Positions 19,683 to 29,468 of a stretch of 64,000 nt of DNA are shown here, one piece after another (the first letter of the stretch is position 1; the number at the start of each line of letters is the position of its first letter). Source of the DNA: Candidatus Omnitrophota bacterium (GTDB taxonomy: Bacteria > Omnitrophota > Gorgyraeia > Zapsychrales > Fredricksoniimonadaceae); the NCBI GenBank assembly GCA_015233675.1, contig JADFXH010000001.1:209138-273137 (forward strand), read 5' to 3'. The notes under the pieces are model-generated. The model did not search any database, was not told the origin of the DNA, and worked only from the letters and a program-made list of their open reading frames with translations. Both the position numbers and the translations under genes were made by a program.

Positions 19683-20252
19683 TTATTTATTATGCCCTAA
19701 AATCCATAAAGGTTTTAACAAAAACTGAATACTCACCCCTCCCCAGTACCGGGAATCCCAGCTGTTTTTCACAAAATCACTCAATAAGATATATTTTCCT
19801 TTATTTAATAGCCCTGCTTTCTGGTCATAAAAGAGCTTCAATGCCCTTCCGGATGAATCTTTGCCCATTATAGGGTATGAGTGCCCATTTATTTTTAAAG
19901 ACCCGTTTTCCACAATAAAGTGGTCGCCGGGTATTCCTTGGACCACTTTAAGGACCAACACTGTACCGGTCTCGCAACTACCCTGTGCCAAATAAGCCCG
20001 GTCGATGCCATACTGAGAGATTTCCCTGGTCAAACAAGTGGCTGCGTAATCTCCACGTTTAGGAGCTCCTTCGATTTTCATATAGATGCCGTATGGTAAA
20101 GAGTGAGTAAAGATATTAAAATAAAAAATATGAGTAAAATCTAAAATAATTAATGCGGATAAAATCAAAAGCAGCCATTGCATCGTTCTAGTCATAGCGG
20201 GAAAAATAATTAAAGAAGCCTGCACTGTAAATCCAAGCTTAGGTATTCGCAC
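19683..20252 (-). CDS. S26-family signal peptidase, TraF-like
   Basis: Box D LKVVQGIPGDHF (Lys general base), box E SDFVKNSWDSRYWG, and a candidate Ser nucleophile in HSLPYG. Only 189 aa. Confidence 0.7.
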   Translation of the reverse strand: MRIPKLGFTVQASLIIFPAMTRTMQWLLLILSALIILDFTHIFYFNIFTHSLPYGIYMKIEGAPKRGDYAATCLTREISQYGIDRAYLAQGSCETGTVLVLKVVQGIPGDHFIVENGSLKINGHSYPIMGKDSSGRALKLFYDQKAGLLNKGKYILLSDFVKNSWDSRYWGGVSIQFLLKPLWILGHNK

Positions 20253-20955
20253 AAATTCCGATATAATTTACTGAATTGGAAATATAGGCCCTTCGGCAGT
20301 CACCATGGGTATACGCGGACACCACCCGGTTAGTAATATGAGCCTCAATATACTGGTCATTTTCGCAACCGCCCTTGCCGGAACTGTCATAAGTTTCGGC
20401 TTGGGAAGAAGATATGAGCCACTGGCATTGAGCATCTGTGTATCCGGAGGGCAAAGGAATAGTCCCCCTGTCCTCTATGGTGCCGGTGACAACAAATACC
20501 GGCGGCGTTGTCGGCCCACCGGGAACGCTTATGGTACTCGTCACTGTAGTTCCAAAGACATTGGTTAAAGGCAATTTGGACACGACAATATTCTGGGCCC
20601 CGTCATTCACAGTCGTGGAAACTGTCAAGAAGGCCGATGTCGAGCTCATGGTGTAGTTGTGATTAAATGGATTTAAAGCATTCCAACTTGACGGGAGATA
20701 ACCTGATGATTCAAGGTCATTAGGCGGAGTATTTATTGAGCTTGGCCAGCCAGCTCCTTTTTGCAAATAATAACTGCGGGCCGCATCCTGAATGTTTTGA
20801 ATTTCCAGTGCTGTCTTTGTTCCTGCCTTTTCCAGGTAAGCACGGTACATCGAAGGAACGGCAAAAGTTAACAACACTGTCATAATAATTACAACTATGG
20901 TTAACTCCAATAAACTGAAGGCCTTTTTATTATTTATACAAATATAGAAGGTCAT
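20239..20955 (-). CDS. type IV pilin-like / pseudopilin (minor pilin candidate)
   Basis: Class III signal peptide KKA|FSLLELTIVVIIM with Glu at +5. 246 aa. Confidence 0.7.
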   Translation of the reverse strand: MTFYICINNKKAFSLLELTIVVIIMTVLLTFAVPSMYRAYLEKAGTKTALEIQNIQDAARSYYLQKGAGWPSSINTPPNDLESSGYLPSSWNALNPFNHNYTMSSTSAFLTVSTTVNDGAQNIVVSKLPLTNVFGTTVTSTISVPGGPTTPPVFVVTGTIEDRGTIPLPSGYTDAQCQWLISSSQAETYDSSGKGGCENDQYIEAHITNRVVSAYTHGDCRRAYISNSVNYIGICANT

Positions 20956-21352
20956 AAATAAGTCTTCCGGAAAATTCATTCGGCATGCTTCTTGTGATGC
21001 TGATCTGGTCCCCTGTTGCTCCGGGTGTAACTATTAAAAAGCTCCCCTCATTGGGGTCTATTAAAATCCCTTTGGGAATTGTCGTTGAGACAGTGAACAT
21101 ATTATTCTTAAACGCAAGCTGATAGCTATATCCAAACGGATTGCTTTTATCCGCCTGTGTCATATACGTATCCCCTAATGATGAATTATAGTAATCCATC
21201 GCCGCTTCTGCGATTGAGCCCATTTCCCTGACTGTTGCCTGAAACCTGGCACGATCAATGAATTTTGCGCCATTACTGATAATCGTAGTTAATAAAACTC
21301 CGATGATAACCATGACAAGCGTCAACTCCAGCAACGTAAAGGCATTTTTCAT
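20930..21352 (-). CDS. type IV pilin-like / pseudopilin
   Basis: Prepilin N-terminus MKNA|FTLLELTLVMVIIGVL. Confidence 0.75.
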   Translation of the reverse strand: MKNAFTLLELTLVMVIIGVLLTTIISNGAKFIDRARFQATVREMGSIAEAAMDYYNSSLGDTYMTQADKSNPFGYSYQLAFKNNMFTVSTTIPKGILIDPNEGSFLIVTPGATGDQISITRSMPNEFSGRLIYDLLYLYK

Positions 21353-21807
21353 TGCAAGGTTGTTGTCCATGTCTGGCTTGATGCCGTATAACTTGGCGGA
21401 AGTGCCGATATTTTAGTTAATGCTGTTGTTAATTTTGCAGCGGGTATAGCCGGCACTGCCGTTAACCCGATATCAAGCATTTGTGAATTGTTGGCATCAA
21501 CGTTAACGGTATAATCCCCGTTCCATGGGTTGGTTGTTATCGCAGTAAATTGCGCGGGCAAATACCCGGCGGCCAACTTGGCAAAAGTTATACCCGTATA
21601 AACACCCCCGTTATCGCTGGCCCACTCAACACTTGCAGTCTGGATGGCCTTGATACTAGCAATAGCATTTGCGATACGGCTGCTATCGGTTGCGGTTTGC
21701 CCTAACGGTACGACAGCCAGTAAAATAACACTGATGATCACCAGCACGACCACCATTTCGATAACAGTAAAACCTTTCCTGATTTTTAATTTTCTAATCA
21801 TGTCCAT
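21349..21807 (-). CDS. type IV pilin-like / pseudopilin (GspG/PilA-like)
   Basis: Prepilin N-terminus MIRKLKIRKG|FTVIEMVVVLVII. Confidence 0.8.
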   Translation of the reverse strand: MDMIRKLKIRKGFTVIEMVVVLVIISVILLAVVPLGQTATDSSRIANAIASIKAIQTASVEWASDNGGVYTGITFAKLAAGYLPAQFTAITTNPWNGDYTVNVDANNSQMLDIGLTAVPAIPAAKLTTALTKISALPPSYTASSQTWTTTLQ

Positions 21808-21833
21808 TTCTTTTATCCCCTTTTTTAATTGGT

Positions 21834-23033
21834 TTATTTGAATACCCCTTCACCCATCCGGTTTATATTTGTATAGATCGGCAAAATAAAAGAACACAGG
21901 ATCGTAAGCAAAAATAACGCAGCCACAACTAGCAATGAAGGCTCGATGATCGCGATAAGCGCCGCAATTGATTCCTTGCTCTTAATATCGTAATACTTAT
22001 AAATACGTTCCAGATATTGCGGTAAAAAACCACTTACCTGGCCTTTACTCAAATTCTGGCAAACAAACGGCGGGAAGAATGGATCTTGTTTAAAGGCATC
22101 ACCTAAAGAGATCCCTTTAAATATCCTCTCCCGGATTAAAATCAGTCTTCCTGTAATGCAGGTATTGCTGGCTTGATGGATATTAGTGATTGTTTGAACA
22201 ATGTTCACGCCGCTTTTTTGATACACATATAAATTCAAGAACACATGGGACAACTCGATATTTTTAATCAGGTCTCCCACCAACGGTATACTCAATATAA
22301 CTTCCATCAACCTTTCACTATAATTATGCCAAAGGTGTTTTATCAGGAAGACTGCCGTCACTAAACATGAAATAACCACCCACCAGTATTCTTTTATAAA
22401 ACCGGCGTATCCGACCAGAATCATAGCGGATAAACTGTTTCCGGAACCCGACGGCAAAAAAGCTTTCAGCAAGGGGACCAGTTTGATGGAGATAAATATC
22501 GATAATCCTGTCAATAAACAAAAAATCACTCCCGGATAGATCAACGCCCTGGTAATTTTCTTTTGATTTTCATCCTTGAAATTATAATATTGAGCTAAAA
22601 GGTCTGATAATTCCGGGATGTTACCGGTCTTCTCTGCCGCGCTTAGCGATACACAGACAATCTTGGAAAAAATCTTTGTATTTTCAAATGACTCTTCCAG
22701 AGACCGCCCGTCATTAATAAAATTACATATTTTTTTAAGGGCTTCTTTTAAAACAGGATTTGAGCTTGTTTCATTTAATGTGTTAATGGCTTCATTGACT
22801 GATAAACCGCATTTTTGCATATCGGCGAAATCCTTGAAAAATACGGACAGCACCGATGATGATAATCTGCGGTTTTGAAATATACTCTTTATAAACGCCG
22901 GATAATCAGGAGTAATATTCAGAATTTCAAGGCCGTAAACCAAGGCCTGATTCTTAGCATCTTCCAGACTCCCGTCGAAGGTTTGAGTAATTTCAGATCT
23001 CTTGGCCGTCAAAGCTTCAATTTTCCAATACAT
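21834..23033 (-). CDS. type II secretion / type IV pilus platform protein (GspF/PilC family)
   Basis: Two T2SS-F repeats, three TM segments and ~400-aa length. Confidence 0.85.
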   Translation of the reverse strand: MYWKIEALTAKRSEITQTFDGSLEDAKNQALVYGLEILNITPDYPAFIKSIFQNRRLSSSVLSVFFKDFADMQKCGLSVNEAINTLNETSSNPVLKEALKKICNFINDGRSLEESFENTKIFSKIVCVSLSAAEKTGNIPELSDLLAQYYNFKDENQKKITRALIYPGVIFCLLTGLSIFISIKLVPLLKAFLPSGSGNSLSAMILVGYAGFIKEYWWVVISCLVTAVFLIKHLWHNYSERLMEVILSIPLVGDLIKNIELSHVFLNLYVYQKSGVNIVQTITNIHQASNTCITGRLILIRERIFKGISLGDAFKQDPFFPPFVCQNLSKGQVSGFLPQYLERIYKYYDIKSKESIAALIAIIEPSLLVVAALFLLTILCSFILPIYTNINRMGEGVFK

Positions 23034-23037
23034 AAAT

Positions 23038-24669
23038 TCATCCTAAAACCCTGACGGCCTCTTCAATTGAGGTATCGCCCCTTAATATAAGCGACTTCAT
23101 GTCATCCATCATCGTTTTATACGTCCCTCGTCTTCGTAACAGGGAATAGATTTCCCCTAAAGCATTTTTAGCAATAAGTTCTTTAATTTCAGGATCAATA
23201 AACAATACTTCAGCTACTACTGTTCTTCCCAAATAACCATTTCGGCATCGTTCGCAGCCATTGGCCCGATATAGCATTTGAATTCCTTGGCTTAAATACT
23301 TTGCTTTATAGGGCTCAAAGGTGTCTTGCGCCCCTGCAAACGAACTCTTGCAAAAGTGACAAAGTTTTCTAACCAGCCTTTGAGAAACTACGGCCACCAA
23401 ACAACTGGAGATGTTTACTGCATCCACGCCCAAATCTTTTAACCTTAAAATTGCTGAAATCGGGTCGTTGGTATGTAAGGTTGAGAAAATTTGAAGCCCG
23501 GTATTGGCTGCGCGTAAAGATTCATCCGCTGTCTCTTTGTCCCGGATCTCTCCGATCAAAATCACGTCAGGGTCTTGCCGCAGGAATGCTCGGATAGCCA
23601 TGCCGAATGTCAGATTTTGTGACTGATCAACCTGAACTTGAGACATTAACGAATGGGTGATCTCAACGGGATCCTCAATGGTAAGAATTTTCTTAGAAAT
23701 TGATTTAATCTGGTTTAATACCGCTGACAGGGTCGTTGATTTTCCGCTGCCGGTGGGGCCGGTGACTAAAATCAAACCGTGAGGGACAATGATGGCCTGA
23801 TTGATTAATTTATGGTTATGCCCTGAATAACCCAGACTTTCCAAGGGGATGGATGCGCGGGCCTTGTCCAGAAGACGTAAAACAATGCCCGGTCCATGAA
23901 TAGTCGGGATTTGTGAAAACCTGACATCAACCGTCCTTGCCATTTCTTTAAATTCATGATCAAATCTACCATCCTGAATAGTGTAATCACAGGGATTGCC
24001 CTTACATTTAGTCAAAATTATATTAGCCAGCTTAGAGATATATTCCGGCTTAAGACAGTTGATAGGGGTTAATAATCCATCAATTCTAAACCGGATGTCA
24101 GTGGTATTACCGGTAGGCTCTATATGAATATCCGTGCTGCGCGTGATAATCGCCAGATTGATAATGGCATTAAACCACAAAGCTAATGAATCAATTCCTT
24201 TTAATTTTAATATCTCAATTTCAGAAAGTAATTTTTGCCTATCCTTCTCCAAAATTATCAAATCCAAAGCATTCCTGATATCATTCTCTGTGCCTATGTA
24301 AAAATTCACTCCCTTATTACCAAAATTATTCTTAAGAAAGTCTGTAACTTCAACGTTATCTATAAACGAAACAACAAATGACGGGATAGGCCCGTTTTTT
24401 AACGGAAAAATCTGGTGCTCACAGAAATAACCCAACCCCACCCGTTCAATTGCCTCATAGTCAGGCATATAATCATTTTTAAAAAACTTCCAGCCGATCT
24501 GTTTTGAAAGACACACCGCTAATTCTTCATCATTGATAAATCCATGATGCTTTAAAATAGACCCTAAGCGATTTTTAGGATTTGTTCTCTTATACTCAAG
24601 GCAGTGGTCAAGCTCTTCTTGAGTTAAAAGTTTACCTTCAATTAATAATTCACCGATCTTTGCTAACAT
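23038..24669 (-). CDS. type II/IV secretion ATPase (GspE/PilB family)
   Basis: N-terminal GSPII_E_N-like domain, Walker A GPTGSGKST, and a C-terminal CxxC...CxxC zinc motif. Confidence 0.9.
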   Translation of the reverse strand: MLAKIGELLIEGKLLTQEELDHCLEYKRTNPKNRLGSILKHHGFINDEELAVCLSKQIGWKFFKNDYMPDYEAIERVGLGYFCEHQIFPLKNGPIPSFVVSFIDNVEVTDFLKNNFGNKGVNFYIGTENDIRNALDLIILEKDRQKLLSEIEILKLKGIDSLALWFNAIINLAIITRSTDIHIEPTGNTTDIRFRIDGLLTPINCLKPEYISKLANIILTKCKGNPCDYTIQDGRFDHEFKEMARTVDVRFSQIPTIHGPGIVLRLLDKARASIPLESLGYSGHNHKLINQAIIVPHGLILVTGPTGSGKSTTLSAVLNQIKSISKKILTIEDPVEITHSLMSQVQVDQSQNLTFGMAIRAFLRQDPDVILIGEIRDKETADESLRAANTGLQIFSTLHTNDPISAILRLKDLGVDAVNISSCLVAVVSQRLVRKLCHFCKSSFAGAQDTFEPYKAKYLSQGIQMLYRANGCERCRNGYLGRTVVAEVLFIDPEIKELIAKNALGEIYSLLRRRGTYKTMMDDMKSLILRGDTSIEEAVRVLG

Positions 24670-24672
24670 GCT

Positions 24673-25323
24673 TTATTCCGGTTTATAGTCGATGGTCTTA
24701 GTCAATTCCTGCGGTGCGCTAAAATGCAGGGTCACACCGGTGTCGGAAATAGACAAAACTTGAATGCTATCAGTTGGACTGGATTTCTCTTTGACCTGAA
24801 AACTAACGCCTGCGATGGAGAGGATCGCCTCTTTCTTGACATTATCCCCTCCAATATACTCTACTTTAATTTCAGGCATATTTTTTTGGCCATCGACGGA
24901 TGGATCTTTAAAGTTTCCCCTATTCTCACTTTTTAATTTATTGATCTGGGCAAGAGCTTTTTCCTGTTCAAGCTCTAGATTGGTTTGTTCAAGTTTATTC
25001 TTTAAATATTTCGTCTGTTTTTGCTCTTGGCGATCACGATCAAGCTGTTGTTGGATCGCGGCATCATCTTCTTTGGGAGTGCCTGACTCAACTCCTCCTT
25101 TAAGCCCTGTTTCTGCGCTTGGATTTACAGCAACAGGCCTTGCTGAAATAACTTTCATTGACTCCATTTCAGATGCGGCCCCAAGACTTTCCGGTGCCGG
25201 TAAATTTGTCCTCGGGCTGAGTCTCCAAAGGGTCACAATAATTGCAAAAATGCCAAACAAAAAAGGCACTAATACTTTCTTTGAAAATAACTTTTTAAAG
25301 TCCATAGATTTCCCCTTTAACAA
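24673..25323 (-). CDS. hypothetical bitopic protein, PilP/GspC-like candidate
   Basis: N-terminal TM, a coiled coil and a C-terminal beta-rich domain. Assigned only from its position inside the pilus operon. Confidence 0.4.
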   Translation of the reverse strand: MLKGKSMDFKKLFSKKVLVPFLFGIFAIIVTLWRLSPRTNLPAPESLGAASEMESMKVISARPVAVNPSAETGLKGGVESGTPKEDDAAIQQQLDRDRQEQKQTKYLKNKLEQTNLELEQEKALAQINKLKSENRGNFKDPSVDGQKNMPEIKVEYIGGDNVKKEAILSIAGVSFQVKEKSSPTDSIQVLSISDTGVTLHFSAPQELTKTIDYKPE

Positions 25324-25789
25324 TTAAATTATTTTTATCTTTGCTTATTTCTGAGACCATAAAATCAGTGTTCTTCTCTAATAAATGAATATCGTCTAAC
25401 ACGGCCCCCATATCCGTCTCTTTTGAAAACTTATCTACCACGATCTTAATTTTTAATCCCCTGACTCCCTCATACTCCGTATCCACATAATGATCTGAAA
25501 TGTCATCCGCATCCTTAAACCCCTCTAACTGGACATTCATGTCGGTCCCGCTGCAGCTTTCAAGCATCCTGATCTGGCTCATGACCAAACCATATTCAAT
25601 CGACAGAAGCACAGGCCCGCGTTTAACTAAAGATTCCCGATCATTGATTTTTTGTTTCATATCCAGATTGTTTGCCTGCATCTGTACGGCTTCATATCTC
25701 AGTTTATCTACCCGTGCTTTAGCAGACATCCCAAAATTAATCAAAACCATCGATGCAATGAATGAAGTAAAAATGATGGTTTTATTCAT
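25295..25789 (-). CDS. PilO-like pilus assembly protein
   Basis: N-terminal TM, a coiled coil and a periplasmic domain, positioned between pilM/N and the ATPase. Confidence 0.5.
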   Translation of the reverse strand: MNKTIIFTSFIASMVLINFGMSAKARVDKLRYEAVQMQANNLDMKQKINDRESLVKRGPVLLSIEYGLVMSQIRMLESCSGTDMNVQLEGFKDADDISDHYVDTEYEGVRGLKIKIVVDKFSKETDMGAVLDDIHLLEKNTDFMVSEISKDKNNLIVKGEIYGL

Positions 25790-26973
25790 AGGGTTACTCT
25801 CAAATGTTTTCCCGGCAGGTTATTCACAAAGACATCTTTAATATCCGCTGTTTTTAAAATTCTTACCTTAGGAATGGGATCGAATGCTTTCCCATTTTCA
25901 GAAGACAATGAGACTTCTAAGTCCCATTTATCCGATCTAATAAATTTGAATGAATCCACTTCGTAGCTCGAAGGGACCAAATCAAGGACAGCAAGATAGG
26001 ATACCCCATAATTAAGGGATTTATGCTTTCTCAAGTCTTCCCTGTACGTCTCTCTATCTAATGATTTTAGCTTTTCATCCAATCGTTCATTGTCCTGTCT
26101 GGCTAAAGCACGTTGATTGCTCACTAGCCCTAACTCGAGCTTATTAAACAAAAAATAAAATAACCCTACTGCCGCCACACATAAGGAAATCCCTGTCGTC
26201 ATGGCATTCTTTTTTAATTCAATTTCCCTGCGTTTTTTAATAATTTCTTCAGGCAATCTGAACTTGACTGGGGTATTTGTTTCTTTTAAACCTTCTAATG
26301 CAGGGCAGGCAACATCTAAGCATTCCACCGGCAGGTTTTCTTTATTTTTAGAGATCTCAGAGGCTAATACATGATTATTGACCAATATTATAAAATCTGT
26401 ACTCTTCCTGCTTAAATACTCTTCGTTTTTCTTAAAAAAATCGATCTGGGAGCGCTTGATTTCAGGTAAAATATCTTCACCATTGTTTACTATAACTCTT
26501 GTCCGGCTGAATTTTAAACCATCAAAGACAGTTAATAATCTCTCCCTCCCCCAGTCATCCACAAAGACTACAGTTTTATTCAGATAGATTTTTTTATTAA
26601 CCAGAGTATTACGCAAAGCAATGCCATAGGGAATAAAAGACCTGACTTTTGAGGGTGGTATAAACGAGTAAACTTCTCTCACCTTTTGTTCTTTGATCCC
26701 CATGACCTGAAAAAGATTATTATCTATCCTTTCATCCTGGATAATATAGGCTTCATGCTGGTAAAGTTCCTTGAACTTACGCACCAGGATACTGTCTTTC
26801 TTCTCTACCGGACTTTCCACAGCGGCCGCGATGAGGACATCAACATCAACCACACAGAGATTCGCTTCTTCGACAGACCCTAAAATATCTTTATAGTCAT
26901 TGCCTTTATCTATACGATGCACACTGGTCCCGTCGCTTACCATGATCTCGTTGTTAAATAATAAATAGTTCAT
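25786..26973 (-). CDS. PilM-PilN fusion-like assembly protein
   Basis: ~240-aa cytoplasmic actin-like region, then a TM segment (ISLCVAAVGLFYFLF) and a coiled coil as in PilN. Confidence 0.55.
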   Translation of the reverse strand: MNYLLFNNEIMVSDGTSVHRIDKGNDYKDILGSVEEANLCVVDVDVLIAAAVESPVEKKDSILVRKFKELYQHEAYIIQDERIDNNLFQVMGIKEQKVREVYSFIPPSKVRSFIPYGIALRNTLVNKKIYLNKTVVFVDDWGRERLLTVFDGLKFSRTRVIVNNGEDILPEIKRSQIDFFKKNEEYLSRKSTDFIILVNNHVLASEISKNKENLPVECLDVACPALEGLKETNTPVKFRLPEEIIKKRREIELKKNAMTTGISLCVAAVGLFYFLFNKLELGLVSNQRALARQDNERLDEKLKSLDRETYREDLRKHKSLNYGVSYLAVLDLVPSSYEVDSFKFIRSDKWDLEVSLSSENGKAFDPIPKVRILKTADIKDVFVNNLPGKHLRVTL

Positions 26974-26987
26974 TCTTTAGTCTTTGT

Positions 26988-28835
26988 TTAAATATTCCTG
27001 ATGACGCTTTTAGGAGTAATAATGATGACCAATTCTGTCTTTTTGCTTGATTTAACTTTATACTCAAAGGCATTTCCTAAAAATGGTATTTTATCCAGGT
27101 AAGGAATCCCTTCGGTTGAATTATTCCTGATGGAGCTTATAAGTCCTCCCAAGATCAAGGTTTTTTCGGGCTCGACTCCAACATTCGTCGTAATGCTTTT
27201 CGTTGACACCTGCGGCTCCTGGATGGTCAACCCGTTACCCACCGCTACATTAGTCATAGAATCAAGGGTGTTTAGCGCCGCAGAAATATTCAACACGGTT
27301 TTATTTTCTTCGATCTTTGCTTCCAATCTCATTGTTAAACCATCCGACACTTGAGATGTCGTAACATTGGATTGCGTAATGTTATTCCCTATCGTCTGAC
27401 CTGTCCCGGAAATATAAGGGACACTGGTCACCTCCTGTATAACGCATGGGAACATGTTAGATACCGTAATCGATGGCCTGCTGACGACATTTACATCCCC
27501 CATTGAATCAAGCGCTTTAAGAACCATTGACACCCCGCCGTTGGTCGCCCCACTGGCAGAATCCGGACCGGCGGCTGATAAAGTCAGTAATTGTCCGCTT
27601 AAGAATCCGGCCGAAGAAAAGTTTGTTGCCGCCGTGATATTGTTGAGACCCTTGAGGCTTTTGGCTATGGTATTCCAATCAATTCCTGTTTCGTGGTTCC
27701 TTGATAAGGTCACTTCTATGATCTGGATCTCGAAGCTTTGCTGTCTGCCTAAATTCTCATTAATGGTTGAGACCAACTCCCCTACCTTATCCAGGACCGC
27801 GGGCTTATCAGTCACAACGATTGAGCCGCTGACCTTATTAAGAGAATAGCTGCCGGTATTGGGCGTTATTATTGATTTAACGTTGTTTTCTAAATCAGCC
27901 CATAAGGAAAGTTTGGGCGAGGTATTTTCGTAATAGATCTTTGTCCCTACCTTAATATCCTGGTTTTGCTGGTTATTTGTTGAAATGCTATTGTTATTAT
28001 TACTATCCACGAAGGATGCATTGGAGGTCTCATCAGTAAATGATTGGTCCACCGCCGGCATGTTTATATTAAAAATCCTGGTTTCTGTTTCTGTAATGAT
28101 TAAATCCTCCCGGGAGACTTTAAATCCATATCCAAACTTATATAAAAGACTTTTTAATGCCCTCCACACCTCAATATTTTCAAGGTTGATGGATGTTTTT
28201 TGAGAATCAATGTCCGGGGTTGTGATAATGTTGTATCGCGTAACCTGAGAAATTGTTGAAAGGTAAATTTTAAGCGGCAGGTCATTGCCTTTGAGGGTAA
28301 TCTTAAGGTTTAACTCCGGCGGCAAATCCGGGGACGATTTTCTACTAACCTGATCCTCCACATTTATTGCTTTCATTAACGCTGGTTTTGCTGTTTGTCT
28401 TATTGCCCCTTTCTTTTCAATGACGCTTTCGGACAGAATATCCATTTTGGCGGCTATTGTTTTATCTTCATTTTTGTCATCAGAAGCCGCTATCCTGTGT
28501 ATAATAAATTTGGTATAAAAATCATCATTAGCTACAAATCGCAGCACGTAACTTTCTCCGGAAATACCAGTTACTGTCATTTCAGCGGCTTCTAAATCCG
28601 TAGGCATTAATTCCAGCATATTCGGTTTATTGTTATTTCTTTGGACAACATAGGTGTCTGCTCCGAAACCTCTGATAACACCATTTATGGACTCGGGGAA
28701 AATGACGGTTGTGACATGATCTTTTTTAACATGCACGTATATTTCTTTACCGTCGTATACAAAATCTTTAATTTCGGCGCGCGCGATTGGTAAAATGCTT
28801 GAGCAAAAAATAATGCTTAATAATAGCTTTTTCAT
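26988..28835 (-). CDS. secretin (PilQ/GspD family)
   Basis: Signal peptide and the conserved C-terminal secretin domain GIPYLDKIPFLGNAF...TELVIIITPKSV. Confidence 0.88.
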   Translation of the reverse strand: MKKLLLSIIFCSSILPIARAEIKDFVYDGKEIYVHVKKDHVTTVIFPESINGVIRGFGADTYVVQRNNNKPNMLELMPTDLEAAEMTVTGISGESYVLRFVANDDFYTKFIIHRIAASDDKNEDKTIAAKMDILSESVIEKKGAIRQTAKPALMKAINVEDQVSRKSSPDLPPELNLKITLKGNDLPLKIYLSTISQVTRYNIITTPDIDSQKTSINLENIEVWRALKSLLYKFGYGFKVSREDLIITETETRIFNINMPAVDQSFTDETSNASFVDSNNNNSISTNNQQNQDIKVGTKIYYENTSPKLSLWADLENNVKSIITPNTGSYSLNKVSGSIVVTDKPAVLDKVGELVSTINENLGRQQSFEIQIIEVTLSRNHETGIDWNTIAKSLKGLNNITAATNFSSAGFLSGQLLTLSAAGPDSASGATNGGVSMVLKALDSMGDVNVVSRPSITVSNMFPCVIQEVTSVPYISGTGQTIGNNITQSNVTTSQVSDGLTMRLEAKIEENKTVLNISAALNTLDSMTNVAVGNGLTIQEPQVSTKSITTNVGVEPEKTLILGGLISSIRNNSTEGIPYLDKIPFLGNAFEYKVKSSKKTELVIIITPKSVIRNI

Positions 28836-29068
28836 AATTTACCTCGTAAAATTAATTTGAGATTTGAAACATTAATAGTATCGCATAATTTTGATTATTT
28901 GTCAATATTTCTAGCAAATTAAACAATAATCATAACTTATTAATTACCAATATATTGCATGATTATTACAAATAAAAATAAAAAATAAATTTAATTGTTT
29001 GACGAAATAACAATATTTCTCACAACAACACGCTACCTCTATTTATCTCAAAGCATGCTTGACTGGTC

Positions 29069-29097
29069 AAAAAAAGCCAAATATACTATCGAATAGG
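29069..29097 (+). promoter_or_regulatory. sigma70-like promoter for the major pilin
   Basis: TTGACT, a 17-nt spacer, then TATACT, ~45 nt upstream of the pilin ATG. Confidence 0.4.
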
Positions 29098-29141
29098 ATG
29101 GATGAAACTAAAATCCGGAAGGGTTTTTGACAAATCGACAA

Positions 29142-29468
29142 ATGAATATAAAATTACGGAAAGCTCGCCAACATAACAATGGCTTCACGCTTTTAGAAAT
29201 TATCGTCGTTTTGATCATTATTGGCATATTAGTCGCCATTGCCGTGCCTAATATCTATGGCTGGATTGACCGTTCGGCCGCATCAGAGGGAAACTCTTCT
29301 TTGAGGCTCCTTTCTGATCAGATGGATGCATGCATGCTTACAACAAAGACTGTTGATCAATGCGCACAAAATCTTACTGCGGGAGGGACTGGTTTAGGGC
29401 CAAATGTTACTGTAGAAACTCAAGTTAGAGGAGGGAACTATACTATAGCCCAGTATGGGGGGCACTGA
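29142..29468 (+). CDS. type IV major pilin, N-terminal two-thirds (frame 1)
   Basis: Leader MNIKLRKARQHNNG|FTLLEIIVVLIIIGILVAIAVP. Terminates at TGA 29466 immediately after a G6 tract. Confidence 0.8.
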   Translation: MNIKLRKARQHNNGFTLLEIIVVLIIIGILVAIAVPNIYGWIDRSAASEGNSSLRLLSDQMDACMLTTKTVDQCAQNLTAGGTGLGPNVTVETQVRGGNYTIAQYGGH

